NCBI GenBank assembly: GCA_045530865.1
Contig: JAZSCX010000107.1
Location: forward strand, 1-63,943
Origin: Candidatus Avilachnospira sp.
GTDB taxonomy: Bacteria > Bacillota > Clostridia > Oscillospirales > Oscillospiraceae
Reading direction: 5' to 3'
Length of the DNA stretch: 63,943 nt
The stretch's first letter is position 1. Every line of letters begins with the position of its first letter. Below, piece after piece: positions 32,872 through 41,513 of the stretch. The notes beneath the pieces are model-generated. The model was not told the origin of the DNA. It searched no databases and saw only the letters and a program-made list of their open reading frames with translations. The position numbers and the translations under genes were made by a program.

Positions 32872-34170
32872 ATGGCAAACTACTACCAGCCTGAAATTGA
32901 AACCATGCCCCGCGAGCAGCTCGTCGCGCTGCAGAACGAGCGCCTTGTGAAGCAGGTACAGCATGTGTGGGACAACGTGCCCTACTACCGTAAGAAGATG
33001 GAGGAGAAGGGTGTGACCCCCGCCGATATCCAGTCCATCGACGATCTGCACAAACTACCGTTTTTGTCCAAAGCCGATCTGCGGGATGCCTATCCTTATG
33101 GCCTCAAGGGCGTGCCCACCTCCGAATGTGTCCGCATCCATTCCACCTCCGGTACCACCGGCAAGCGGGTGGTTGCATTCTACACCCAGCATGATATCGA
33201 TCTGTGGGAAGACTGCTGTGCCAGAGCCATTGTGGCAGCCGGCGGTACCAAAGAAGATGTGGTACAGGTCTGCTACGGCTACGGCCTGTTCACCGGCGGT
33301 TCCGGTCTCCATGGCGGTTCTCACAAGGTCGGCTGCCTGACCCTGCCCATGTCCTCCGGCAACACGGAGCGGCAGCTGCAGTTCATGACCGATCTGGAAT
33401 CCACCATTCTCTGCTGCACGCCTTCCTATGCCGCCTATCTGGCCGAGTCCATCCACGAGGCTGGTCTTCGGGACAAGATCAAGCTGAAGGCCGGTATTTT
33501 CGGCGCAGAAGCCTGGTCGGAAGAAATGCGCCATGATATCGAGAAGAATCTTGGCATCAAAGCCTATGATATCTACGGTCTGACGGAGACCTCCGGCCCG
33601 GGCGTTGCCTACGAGTGCGAAGAGCAGACCGGTATGCACATCAATGAGGACCACTTCATCGCCGAGATCATCGATCCCGTCACCGAAGAAGTGCTGCCGG
33701 AAGGCTCCAAGGGTGAGCTGGTGTTCACCGCCATCACCAAGGAAGCATTCCCCCTGCTGCGCTACCGTACCCGCGATATCTGCGTACTGACCCGGGAAAA
33801 GTGCTCCTGCGGCAGAACCCATGTGAAGATGTCCAAGCCCATGGGCCGCAGCGACGATATGCTCATTGTCAAGGGCGTCAATGTGTTCCCCTCTCAGATC
33901 GAAGCTGTTCTGCTGGAGCAGGGCTATCAGGCCAACTATCAGATCGTGGTGGATCGTGTCAATCATTCCGATACACTGGAGGTTCTGGTGGAAATGACCG
34001 CCGAAAACTTCTCCGACTCTCTGGCAAAGATCTACGAAATGGAAAAGAAGCTGGTGGATGCCTTGAAGGTTATGCTGGGCATCTATGCCAAGGTTCGTCT
34101 CGTTGCGCCCAAGTCTATCGCCCGCAGCGAAGGCAAGGCTGTACGTATCATTGACAAACGGAAGATCTAA
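32872..34170 (+). CDS. phenylacetate-CoA ligase (PaaK family)
   Basis: YYQPEIETMPREQLVALQNERL...VPYYRKKM...IHSTSGTTGKRVV...YGLTE... is the PaaK-type short adenylate-forming enzyme. Confidence 0.85.
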   Translation: MANYYQPEIETMPREQLVALQNERLVKQVQHVWDNVPYYRKKMEEKGVTPADIQSIDDLHKLPFLSKADLRDAYPYGLKGVPTSECVRIHSTSGTTGKRVVAFYTQHDIDLWEDCCARAIVAAGGTKEDVVQVCYGYGLFTGGSGLHGGSHKVGCLTLPMSSGNTERQLQFMTDLESTILCCTPSYAAYLAESIHEAGLRDKIKLKAGIFGAEAWSEEMRHDIEKNLGIKAYDIYGLTETSGPGVAYECEEQTGMHINEDHFIAEIIDPVTEEVLPEGSKGELVFTAITKEAFPLLRYRTRDICVLTREKCSCGRTHVKMSKPMGRSDDMLIVKGVNVFPSQIEAVLLEQGYQANYQIVVDRVNHSDTLEVLVEMTAENFSDSLAKIYEMEKKLVDALKVMLGIYAKVRLVAPKSIARSEGKAVRIIDKRKI

Positions 34171-34182
34171 GGAGGTAATAAC

Positions 34183-34614
34183 ATGCGTATCCATCAAATC
34201 TCTGTATTTCTGGAAAACCGTGCCGGACAGCTGGCGGAAATCACGAAAATCCTCGCTGATAACGGCATTGACCTCCGGGCCATCTCCATTGCAGAAACTG
34301 CCGATTACGGCGTGCTGCGCATGATTGTGGACAATGCGGAAAAGGCCACCGGCATTCTGCTGACCCATGGCTATATTTTGTCCATGACCCCTGTTCTGGT
34401 GGTTGGCGTGCCGGATCAGCCCGGCGGTCTGGCTCCTGTGCTGGCTGTTCTGGCTGAAGGCAATATTGATATCGAGTATATGTACTCCCTGTTCACCCCG
34501 GAGCAGGGTAAGGCCTACATGGTATTCCGGATCTCCGACGAGGCCAAATTCCTGGAGCTGATGACGGCTCACGGGATGCAGCTGGCGACCGCCGAAGAGC
34601 TGGGTGTAAAATAA
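34183..34614 (+). CDS. tandem ACT-domain protein (small-molecule/amino-acid binding)
   Basis: MRIHQISVFLENRAGQLAEITKILADNGIDLRAISIAE is followed by a second ACT-like half. This is the usual partner downstream of PaaK-type ligases. Confidence 0.75.
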   Translation: MRIHQISVFLENRAGQLAEITKILADNGIDLRAISIAETADYGVLRMIVDNAEKATGILLTHGYILSMTPVLVVGVPDQPGGLAPVLAVLAEGNIDIEYMYSLFTPEQGKAYMVFRISDEAKFLELMTAHGMQLATAEELGVK

Positions 34615-34660
34615 AGCATAAAAAATCGCTGCAGTTCCAAACTGCAGCGATTTTTATGCT
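34615..34660. terminator. bidirectional terminator (about 20-bp stem)
   Basis: AGCATAAAAATCGCTGCAGT-TCCAA-ACTGCAGCGATTTTTATGCT. Confidence 0.75.
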
Positions 34661-36036
34661 TATGCATTCTTTTTGGGTTTCAGGCGGATGATGCCCAGCA
34701 GCAGGAAGTAGTACACGATGACCAGCCCCAGAACCAAAAAGGTCATCGCATCGGATTTGGTAGCCATGCTGACGAGGATCAGCAGCGGAGCACCCAGCAT
34801 AATGCCGAAACTGCTGCCCAGCACCAGATTGTTGGAAGCGGGGGTTTTGAGCTGCGGATCCACTTCGCGCAGCAGCAGAACGCCGGAGCTGATGGTGCCG
34901 GTGAGCATACCGTACATGGACAGCAGTCCTTCGTAATAGTAATTGCCGTAGACACGCTTGCAGACCAGCTTCAGGTGGATCAGGGTGATCACGGCACCGG
35001 TCACGGACATGATAACGAAGGGCAGCCACAGGCCGGACAGATTGGAAATTTCGATGGAACCGATACCGGCCACGATCATCAGGTCAAAGGCCAGACCAGA
35101 CAGTCGGCTCAGAAGGTAGTTGTTCTGATACTGCCGGGTCATGACCTTGGAGGAGCGCAGATGCTTGAACAGCACCCGCACGCCAATGGCGATGGCAGAG
35201 CCGATGATGAAATTGAAGCCCCACAGCAGGGAATTGAGGGTGTTGCCCAGTCCTGGGGAGATGGCGGTCAGACCGGAAGTAATGCCCCAGGTAAGGAGAA
35301 AGGTCAGACCGTATACGGCCAGCACCAGACAGGCCTGCATGGAGAAACGGTCGAGAGATTCGGAAATGGGGATCTCGTTTTTGTCCTGAAAGGTATCCAC
35401 GGTCACAGAACCGGAGATCACTTCATGGTTGGTTTCCGGCAGCTGGCCTCTGCGCTTCAGGAAGTTCATGTAGAACACGCCAACGATGCAGGCGGAGAGA
35501 TAACCGGCAGCGGCAATGGCCAAACCGAAAGCACGGCCGCCCGCAAAGCCGAGGCTCTCATAGGAAGCGCCGATGTTGTTGGCCTGACCGGGGCCCTGAC
35601 CGTAGCCCAACGGAAGCAGAATGCCGGAGGCCTTGAACAGACCGGGCATGATGGTATAGGCCAGTGCAAGGGAGATGATCAGACCGGCAATGGCCTGAAT
35701 CATATATGTACTGACGATGACGGCACCGCTCTTGAGACCAATGCGGCCTGCCTTGTCCTCCTGCGTCCGTTCCGGGATGCGAAGAGACTGGGCAATAAAG
35801 CCGATGGCGATGCAGTGATAGGTGATAAACTCATAGAATGCCGGATCCACGGGAATCAGACCGAGGGACTTGCCCAGCAGTACCAGAAAACCGCCCAGAA
35901 CGGCAGTGGGCATCAGGCTTTTGCGGATGAAGGGGATCTTTCTGCGCAGTACATTGGCCAACAGAATGGCGGCGGCAATGATGCCGATCTGGATGATACT
36001 GTTCCATAACTGGGTATTGGCGGCTGAGTAATCCAT
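34660..36036 (-). CDS. gltS: sodium/glutamate symporter (ESS/GltS family)
   Basis: 458 aa. ...LRRKIPFIRKSLMPTAVLGGFLVL... and ...LPLGYGQGPGQANNIGASYE... are typical of GltS. Confidence 0.75.
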   Translation of the reverse strand: MDYSAANTQLWNSIIQIGIIAAAILLANVLRRKIPFIRKSLMPTAVLGGFLVLLGKSLGLIPVDPAFYEFITYHCIAIGFIAQSLRIPERTQEDKAGRIGLKSGAVIVSTYMIQAIAGLIISLALAYTIMPGLFKASGILLPLGYGQGPGQANNIGASYESLGFAGGRAFGLAIAAAGYLSACIVGVFYMNFLKRRGQLPETNHEVISGSVTVDTFQDKNEIPISESLDRFSMQACLVLAVYGLTFLLTWGITSGLTAISPGLGNTLNSLLWGFNFIIGSAIAIGVRVLFKHLRSSKVMTRQYQNNYLLSRLSGLAFDLMIVAGIGSIEISNLSGLWLPFVIMSVTGAVITLIHLKLVCKRVYGNYYYEGLLSMYGMLTGTISSGVLLLREVDPQLKTPASNNLVLGSSFGIMLGAPLLILVSMATKSDAMTFLVLGLVIVYYFLLLGIIRLKPKKNA

Positions 36037-36039
36037 GTA

Positions 36040-37191
36040 TCAACACTCCTTTTTCTTTTTCTCATACAGATACAGGTATTTCAGTGCGGAAAACCCGGTA
36101 TCAGAACGGACTTCAAAATGGCGGCTTTCGGAGATCGTGTGGATCACCAGCACGTTCCGGGAATAGATGGTCATGCCCAGCAGATCGCTGAAGGGCACGG
36201 TTTCACCGCAAAGGCAAAGATGGTCGGCATAGGCAGTGAGCTGCCCCTGTGTTTCCTGCACGATGGCATGATTGTCATCAATGGTCTGCAGTAGAACGGA
36301 ATCGGAGAACAGGGGTTCCTCTCCGGCAGCGGCAAGCTTTTCGTCCAGCAATGCCTGCTGGCGCCGATCCAGCTCTGTAATGGTGGAGCGCACGCCGTTT
36401 TGGTCGGTGAGATAGCCGTAGACATCATAGTCAGCGTGGTAGCCGCAGCTGCAGAACAGGCTGGTATTGCTGCTGCGAAGGGTGCCGATGGCACCGCAGG
36501 CAGGACAGGCGAAGATGGTGCTTTCCATGCCGAGCGCAAGCCTTTTTCCCTTGAAGGGAACCATTTCCCGGTTCTGAGTCTCATAGGCGTCCTCGGAGAG
36601 ATCCCGGATAATGGCGGCATTGACCTCTTCATCAGTCATGGCCTGCAGCTCCTCAGGGGTGTAGATATGGGCGATTTTGCCTGTCAGCCTGCCGCGCCGC
36701 AGGGTGGTGGCCCAGCGGGGCTGGGTCAGATAATGACCCTCAAATTTATAGGTTACCAGCTTTACGCCGCTGCGCCGTGCCATTTTACCGGTGGCGGGGG
36801 GGATGGCGCAGGTGGTGCCGTTGAAGGAACGGTTGCCTTCGGGGAACAGGCATACACTGGTACCGCTGCGAAGAGTTTTCAGAATGGCTTTTACCGTATG
36901 GGCGCCGGCGCGGCCCTTTTGGTGGTAAATGGGCTGCAGAAAATAGTTTAGCAGCTTGGTTACAAAGCCCTTGCGGGTCAGATGTTCGCTGGCAACAAAA
37001 TAAAGATGCTGTCCCGCTGCCACACCCACAACCACCGGATCCAGCTCCAGATTATGGTTGGGAAGCAGAAGAAACGGCCCTTCCACATCCTTGAGGCTTT
37101 CCCATGAAAAATTGAATTTCCATTTGGTAAACAGCCGGAACGGGGGCAAAAGCAATTTAAACAGCATACGATGCCGCGTTAAAGCAGCCAT
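36040..37191 (-). CDS. lysophospholipid (1-acyl-glycerol-3-phosphate-type) acyltransferase-domain protein with C-terminal Cys-rich extension
   Basis: LLLPNHNLELDPV is an HX4D-type motif and FPEGNRS is the second acyltransferase block. CPACG...CSCG appears later. RBS GAGAGGTG precedes the ATG at 37191. Confidence 0.65.
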   Translation of the reverse strand: MAALTRHRMLFKLLLPPFRLFTKWKFNFSWESLKDVEGPFLLLPNHNLELDPVVVGVAAGQHLYFVASEHLTRKGFVTKLLNYFLQPIYHQKGRAGAHTVKAILKTLRSGTSVCLFPEGNRSFNGTTCAIPPATGKMARRSGVKLVTYKFEGHYLTQPRWATTLRRGRLTGKIAHIYTPEELQAMTDEEVNAAIIRDLSEDAYETQNREMVPFKGKRLALGMESTIFACPACGAIGTLRSSNTSLFCSCGYHADYDVYGYLTDQNGVRSTITELDRRQQALLDEKLAAAGEEPLFSDSVLLQTIDDNHAIVQETQGQLTAYADHLCLCGETVPFSDLLGMTIYSRNVLVIHTISESRHFEVRSDTGFSALKYLYLYEKKKKEC

Positions 37192-37281
37192 GTGGTTTAC
37201 ACCTCTCTTCGGGAAATTCACACACCGATATTATTCTACATCATAAGTGTTGAGATTTCAACATTCACATTTTCTGTGAGG

Positions 37282-37310
37282 TTGAAATACTGGTACACAT
37301 GCGTTATAAT
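37282..37310 (+). promoter_or_regulatory. promoter upstream of glmM
   Basis: TTGAAA (37282-37287), a 17-nt spacer, then TATAAT (37305-37310). Confidence 0.55.
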
Positions 37311-37401
37311 AAACAAGGACGAGTGCGAGAAACACGCGTATGCTGTTAACGGACAGTCAGAAGTGCAGACAGTCCGAACTTGAGTAAAGGAGCATCTGAA
37401 C

Positions 37402-38787
37402 ATGGGTAAATATTTTGGAACAGATGGTTTTCGCGGCGAGGCCAACTGCGGCCTGACTGCCGATCATGCCTACCGGGTGGGCCGGTTTCTGGGCTGGTAC
37501 TACGGAGAAAAGAAGCGCCGCAGCGGGGAGGATGGCCCTGCCCGGATCGTCATCGGCAAGGATACCCGCCGCTCCAGCTATATGTTTGAATACTGCCTCA
37601 TCGGCGGTCTGGTAGCTTCCGGCGCCGATGCCTACATGCTGCATGTGACCACCACACCTTCCGTGGCCTATGTGGCCCGGGTGGACAGCTTTGACTGCGG
37701 CATCATGATCTCCGCAAGCCACAATCCCTTCTATGACAACGGCATTAAGCTGATGAACAGCAACGGCGAAAAGATGGACGAAGAGACCATTTCTCTCATC
37801 GAAGCCTATCTGGATGGCAATCTGGAAGTGTTCGGTCAGCGCTGGGAAGAGATCCCCTATGCGGTCAGGGAACACATCGGCCGCACGGTGGACTACGTTG
37901 CCGGACGGAACCGGTACATCGGTTATCTGATCTCGCTGGGAATCTATTCCTTCAAGGGCTTGAAGGTCGGTCTGGACTGTGCCAACGGCAGCGCATGGAA
38001 CATCGCCAAGTCTGTGTTTGACGCACTGGGCGCAAAGACCTATGTGATCAACGCTGATCCCAATGGTACCAATATCAATCTGCATGCCGGATCCACGCAT
38101 ATCGAAGGTCTGCAGAAATTTGTGGTGGAAAACGGTCTGGATGTGGGCTTTGCCTATGACGGCGACGCCGACCGCTGCCTTTGCGTGGATGAAAAGGGCA
38201 ACGTCATCAATGGCGACCATATCCTCTATATCTACGGCAAGTACATGAAGGATCGGGGCGTTCTGCTGACCAATACCGTGGTCACCACGGTCATGTCCAA
38301 TTTCGGCCTCTACCGGGCCTTTGACGAGCAGGGAATCGGCTATGCCAAAACGGCAGTGGGCGATAAGTACGTCTATGAATATATGATGCAGCACGGCTGC
38401 CGTTTGGGCGGCGAACAGTCCGGTCATATCATTTTCTCCAAGTATGCGTCCACCGGCGATGGTATTCTCACCAGCCTGAAAATGATGGAAGTCATGCTTG
38501 CCAAAAAGAAGAAGTTCAGCGAACTGGCAGAGGGTTTGACCATTTATCCGCAGGTGCTGGTCAATGTGCGGGTGAAGGATAAGGCTGCCGCCCAGAAGGA
38601 TCCCGCAGTGCAGGCTGCTGTGCAGGCTGTTGCGGAAGAATTGGGCGAGACCGGCCGTATTCTGGTGCGGGAATCCGGCACGGAGCCGGTGATCCGCGTC
38701 ATGGTGGAAGCACCGGAGAAGGAACTCTGCCAGAGCTGTGTGGATCGGGTGGTGCAGGTCATCTGCGACTGCGGACATCGGGTGTAA
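37402..38787 (+). CDS. glmM: phosphoglucosamine mutase
   Basis: MGKYFGTDGFRG and the active-site sequence ISASHNPFYDNGIK are present. RBS AAAGGAG. Confidence 0.92.
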   Translation: MGKYFGTDGFRGEANCGLTADHAYRVGRFLGWYYGEKKRRSGEDGPARIVIGKDTRRSSYMFEYCLIGGLVASGADAYMLHVTTTPSVAYVARVDSFDCGIMISASHNPFYDNGIKLMNSNGEKMDEETISLIEAYLDGNLEVFGQRWEEIPYAVREHIGRTVDYVAGRNRYIGYLISLGIYSFKGLKVGLDCANGSAWNIAKSVFDALGAKTYVINADPNGTNINLHAGSTHIEGLQKFVVENGLDVGFAYDGDADRCLCVDEKGNVINGDHILYIYGKYMKDRGVLLTNTVVTTVMSNFGLYRAFDEQGIGYAKTAVGDKYVYEYMMQHGCRLGGEQSGHIIFSKYASTGDGILTSLKMMEVMLAKKKKFSELAEGLTIYPQVLVNVRVKDKAAAQKDPAVQAAVQAVAEELGETGRILVRESGTEPVIRVMVEAPEKELCQSCVDRVVQVICDCGHRV

Positions 38788-38805
38788 ACAAAGGGGCGTT
38801 CTTTC

Positions 38806-39267
38806 TTGAACATACTGCATGGAATACTGATCACATTTTTTGTTTCCATGGTTCCGGTTCTGGAACTTCGGGGCGCCATTCCTCTGGGCGTGGCGGCGGG
38901 GATGCCGCCGCTGGCGGCGCTGCTGGTGGCCATTGCAGGCAATATGGTTCCTGTGCCGTTTATCATTCTGTTTATCCGCCGGGTGTTTCACTGGCTTCGG
39001 GATAAAGGGAAAATCGGTGCTTTGGTGGAAAAACTGGAGCGTCGTGCGGAACAAAAAAGTGATGTGGTAAAAAAATACGCCGGCATCGGTCTGCTGCTTC
39101 TGGTGGCGATTCCGCTGCCGGGTACCGGTGCGTGGACTGGCGCGCTGGTGGCGGCGCTGATGAATATGCGCCTCAAGCGTGCCCTGCCCGATATTTTTCT
39201 GGGTGTGGTCATCGCGGGCTTTGTTATCACCTGTCTGACCTACGGCGTGACCCATCTGCTGGGATAA
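38806..39267 (+). CDS. small membrane protein of the putative small multidrug export (COG2426-like) family
   Basis: ...VPVLELRGAIPLG...LLLLVAIPLPGTGAWTGAL.... The start is TTG (alternative ATG at 38848). Confidence 0.6.
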   Translation: MNILHGILITFFVSMVPVLELRGAIPLGVAAGMPPLAALLVAIAGNMVPVPFIILFIRRVFHWLRDKGKIGALVEKLERRAEQKSDVVKKYAGIGLLLLVAIPLPGTGAWTGALVAALMNMRLKRALPDIFLGVVIAGFVITCLTYGVTHLLG

Positions 39268-39271
39268 AATG

Positions 39272-39303
39272 AACGGCATTGCTGGTGCAATGCCGTTGTT
39301 TTT
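39272..39303. terminator. bidirectional terminator
   Basis: AACGGCATTG-CTGGTG-CAATGCCGTT followed by GTTTTT. Confidence 0.7.
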
Positions 39304-39964
39304 ATGAAAATCTTGGGGGCTGAACATCGTTGCCGGCAAAGGCATTGGGACCGGGGTCGGAGAGGGAAAAGTACATTTTTGCGGCCTTTGTGGTGCCGAA
39401 ATCCCGGTTGGAGCCGGTATTCTGTACGGAATTGAAGGCGTCCCGGAACATCTGGTTGTGGGCTTCTTCCCGGTTCAGCAGGAAATCAATGGTTTTTCGT
39501 ACTTCCTTGTCGGTGATCTGGCGGTACAGGTATTCGTAAACCACCTTGGCCCGCTGCTCCGAAGCGATGTTGCTCAGCAGATCGGCACAAAGATCGCCGG
39601 TCACCGTCACATAATCCGCCGTCCAGGAATAGCCGGAGGCATTGATCAGACCGGGGTTCAGGCCATACTGCACATGGGACTGGATCTCGCCGCTGCGGAC
39701 CTTGTCCGCTTCCACATAATGGCCGTTGAGCAGATTGATGGTCTGGCCAATCATCTCCATGTGACTGAGCTCTTCGGCAGCAATATCCAGAAACAGATCC
39801 TTGATTTTGGGATCCTTGATTCGGAAGCTCTGGGACATATACTGCATGGCGGCCTTCAGTTCGCCGTTGCCGCCGCCCAGTTGCTCCTGCAGCAGTGCGG
39901 CATAGTGGGGGTTGGCGCGCTCTACCGCTACGGGATGAAACAGTTCTTTTTCGTGCTTAAACAT
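39302..39964 (-). CDS. manganese catalase family protein
   Basis: MFKHEKELFHPVAVERANPHYAALLQEQLGGGNGELKAAMQYMSQSF...AAEELSHMEMIG carries di-Mn ligand motifs. The longer ORF-track start was rejected. Confidence 0.85.
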   Translation of the reverse strand: MFKHEKELFHPVAVERANPHYAALLQEQLGGGNGELKAAMQYMSQSFRIKDPKIKDLFLDIAAEELSHMEMIGQTINLLNGHYVEADKVRSGEIQSHVQYGLNPGLINASGYSWTADYVTVTGDLCADLLSNIASEQRAKVVYEYLYRQITDKEVRKTIDFLLNREEAHNQMFRDAFNSVQNTGSNRDFGTTKAAKMYFSLSDPGPNAFAGNDVQPPRFS

Positions 39965-40095
39965 GAAAACGCTCCTTTCCTTGGTACTGGTAGTATATCC
40001 CGCCGCAGGCAAAACCATACGGCGGCGGTTGCAATCTCCGATGAAACCCACTATAATAAAATCAGAAGTAATACGGAAAAGAGGTTTACATAACG

Positions 40096-40506
40096 ATGAT
40101 ACGAGAGATCATACGGGACCAATTTTTCCTCAGCCGCCCCTCAACTCCGGCAACGGCGGAGGATCTGCCCATGGCTGATGACCTGCTGGAGACCCTGAAG
40201 TTCCATCGGGAGGGCTGCGTGGGTATGGCGGCCAATATGATCGGCGTTGCCAAACGGATCATTGCCTTTGACAACGGCGGTGAATACATGGTCATGTTCA
40301 ACCCGGTCATCGTGAAAAAGACCGGCCCCTATGAAACGGAAGAGGGCTGCCTGTCTCTGGAAGGCAGAAGAAAAGCCAAGCGTTGGCAGTCTATCAAGGT
40401 GCAGTATCAGACCCGGGAGTTTCAGACCCGGCTGAAAACCTTTACCGGCTGGACGGCGCAGATCATACAGCATGAGCTGGATCATCTGGAAGGAATTATT
40501 ATCTGA
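40096..40506 (+). CDS. def: peptide deformylase, short form with atypical motif 1
   Basis: EGCLS and HELDH are present. Motif 1 reads GMAANMIG, so the usually conserved Gln is Met. The protein is 136 aa. Confidence 0.75.
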   Translation: MIREIIRDQFFLSRPSTPATAEDLPMADDLLETLKFHREGCVGMAANMIGVAKRIIAFDNGGEYMVMFNPVIVKKTGPYETEEGCLSLEGRRKAKRWQSIKVQYQTREFQTRLKTFTGWTAQIIQHELDHLEGIII

Positions 40507-40517
40507 GGAGGTTTGCT

Positions 40518-41273
40518 ATGATCGTCTATTATTCCGGCACCGGCAACAGCCGCTATTGTGCCCAGCATCTGGCCCACCATCTGGGCGATGACCTGCTGGA
40601 TGCAGGCCACTACATTCGCCATCAGATCGCGGCAGATCTGATCACGGGAAAGCCGTGGATCTTTGTCTGCCCCACCTATGCATGGCAGCTGCCCCGGATT
40701 TTTGCACAGTTCATCCGTTCCGGCAATTTTGCGGGCAGTACCGATGCGTGGTTTGTTATGACCTGTGGCAGTGATATCGGCAATGCTGCCGCCTATATCG
40801 AGCCTCTTTGCAAGGAAAAAGGGCTGCGGTTCCGCGGCGTCCTGCCGGTCGTGATGCCGGAAAACTATATCGCCATGTTCGAGGTGCCCGATAAACAGGA
40901 GAGTGCCGAGATCATCCTGAAAGCACGCTCTGCTCTGCAGGAGGCGGTCAACCATATTCGCATGGGCGAGGACTTTCCGGAGGTGCCTGTTGGCCTGAAA
41001 GATAAGGCCAAAAGCGGCAAAATTCATGAGATTTTCTACAAAAAGTTCGTCAAAGCCGAGGCCTTTTACACGAAAAACAGCTGTATTTCCTGCGGAAAAT
41101 GCGTGAAATCCTGTGTTCTGAACAATATTCAGTTGGTAAACGGAAGCCCTGTCTGGGGCGAAAACTGTACCCATTGCATGGCCTGCATCTGCGGCTGCCC
41201 CACGGAATCCATCGAATACGGCAAAAAAAGCAAGGGAAAACCCCGCTACCAATGTCCGGAATATCATCCCTGA
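40518..41273 (+). CDS. flavodoxin-like plus 2x[4Fe-4S] ferredoxin-domain protein (EFR1-family-like)
   Basis: MIVYYSGTGNSRYCA is a flavodoxin-like N-terminus. The C-terminus carries CISCGKCVKSC...CTHCMACICGCP. Confidence 0.7.
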   Translation: MIVYYSGTGNSRYCAQHLAHHLGDDLLDAGHYIRHQIAADLITGKPWIFVCPTYAWQLPRIFAQFIRSGNFAGSTDAWFVMTCGSDIGNAAAYIEPLCKEKGLRFRGVLPVVMPENYIAMFEVPDKQESAEIILKARSALQEAVNHIRMGEDFPEVPVGLKDKAKSGKIHEIFYKKFVKAEAFYTKNSCISCGKCVKSCVLNNIQLVNGSPVWGENCTHCMACICGCPTESIEYGKKSKGKPRYQCPEYHP

Positions 41274-41470
41274 GCAAAACACCAGCCCTTTGAACTGGGT
41301 GGAGGATATTATAAAAATTTTGATGCGTTTATCGAGCATGATATGGATGCGGTCATTCTGACCAATGCGTTCCATGTTGCCATCCGGATTACAAGCCCAG
41401 CGAAACCATGCTGGCGAACTATCGGAAGTTGGTTGACCGCTGCAAATAAGCTTATACGCTGTAACAAACA

Positions 41471-41505
41471 ACGAGCATGGGATATACCCATGCTCGTGCT
41501 TTTTG
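41471..41505. terminator. bidirectional terminator
   Basis: ACGAGCATGGG-ATATA-CCCATGCTCGT followed by GCTTTTT. Confidence 0.7.
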
Positions 41506-41513
41506 TGAGGAAA

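Noticed and set aside
36040-37221. Longer starts offered by the ORF track for several genes (37221, 40051, 45676, 47877, 55298, 13709, 14966, 16180, 24643).
   Set aside because: In each case an internal ATG preceded by an AGGAGG-type RBS gives the canonical family N-terminus. The upstream codons overlap the neighbouring gene or the intergenic signals.
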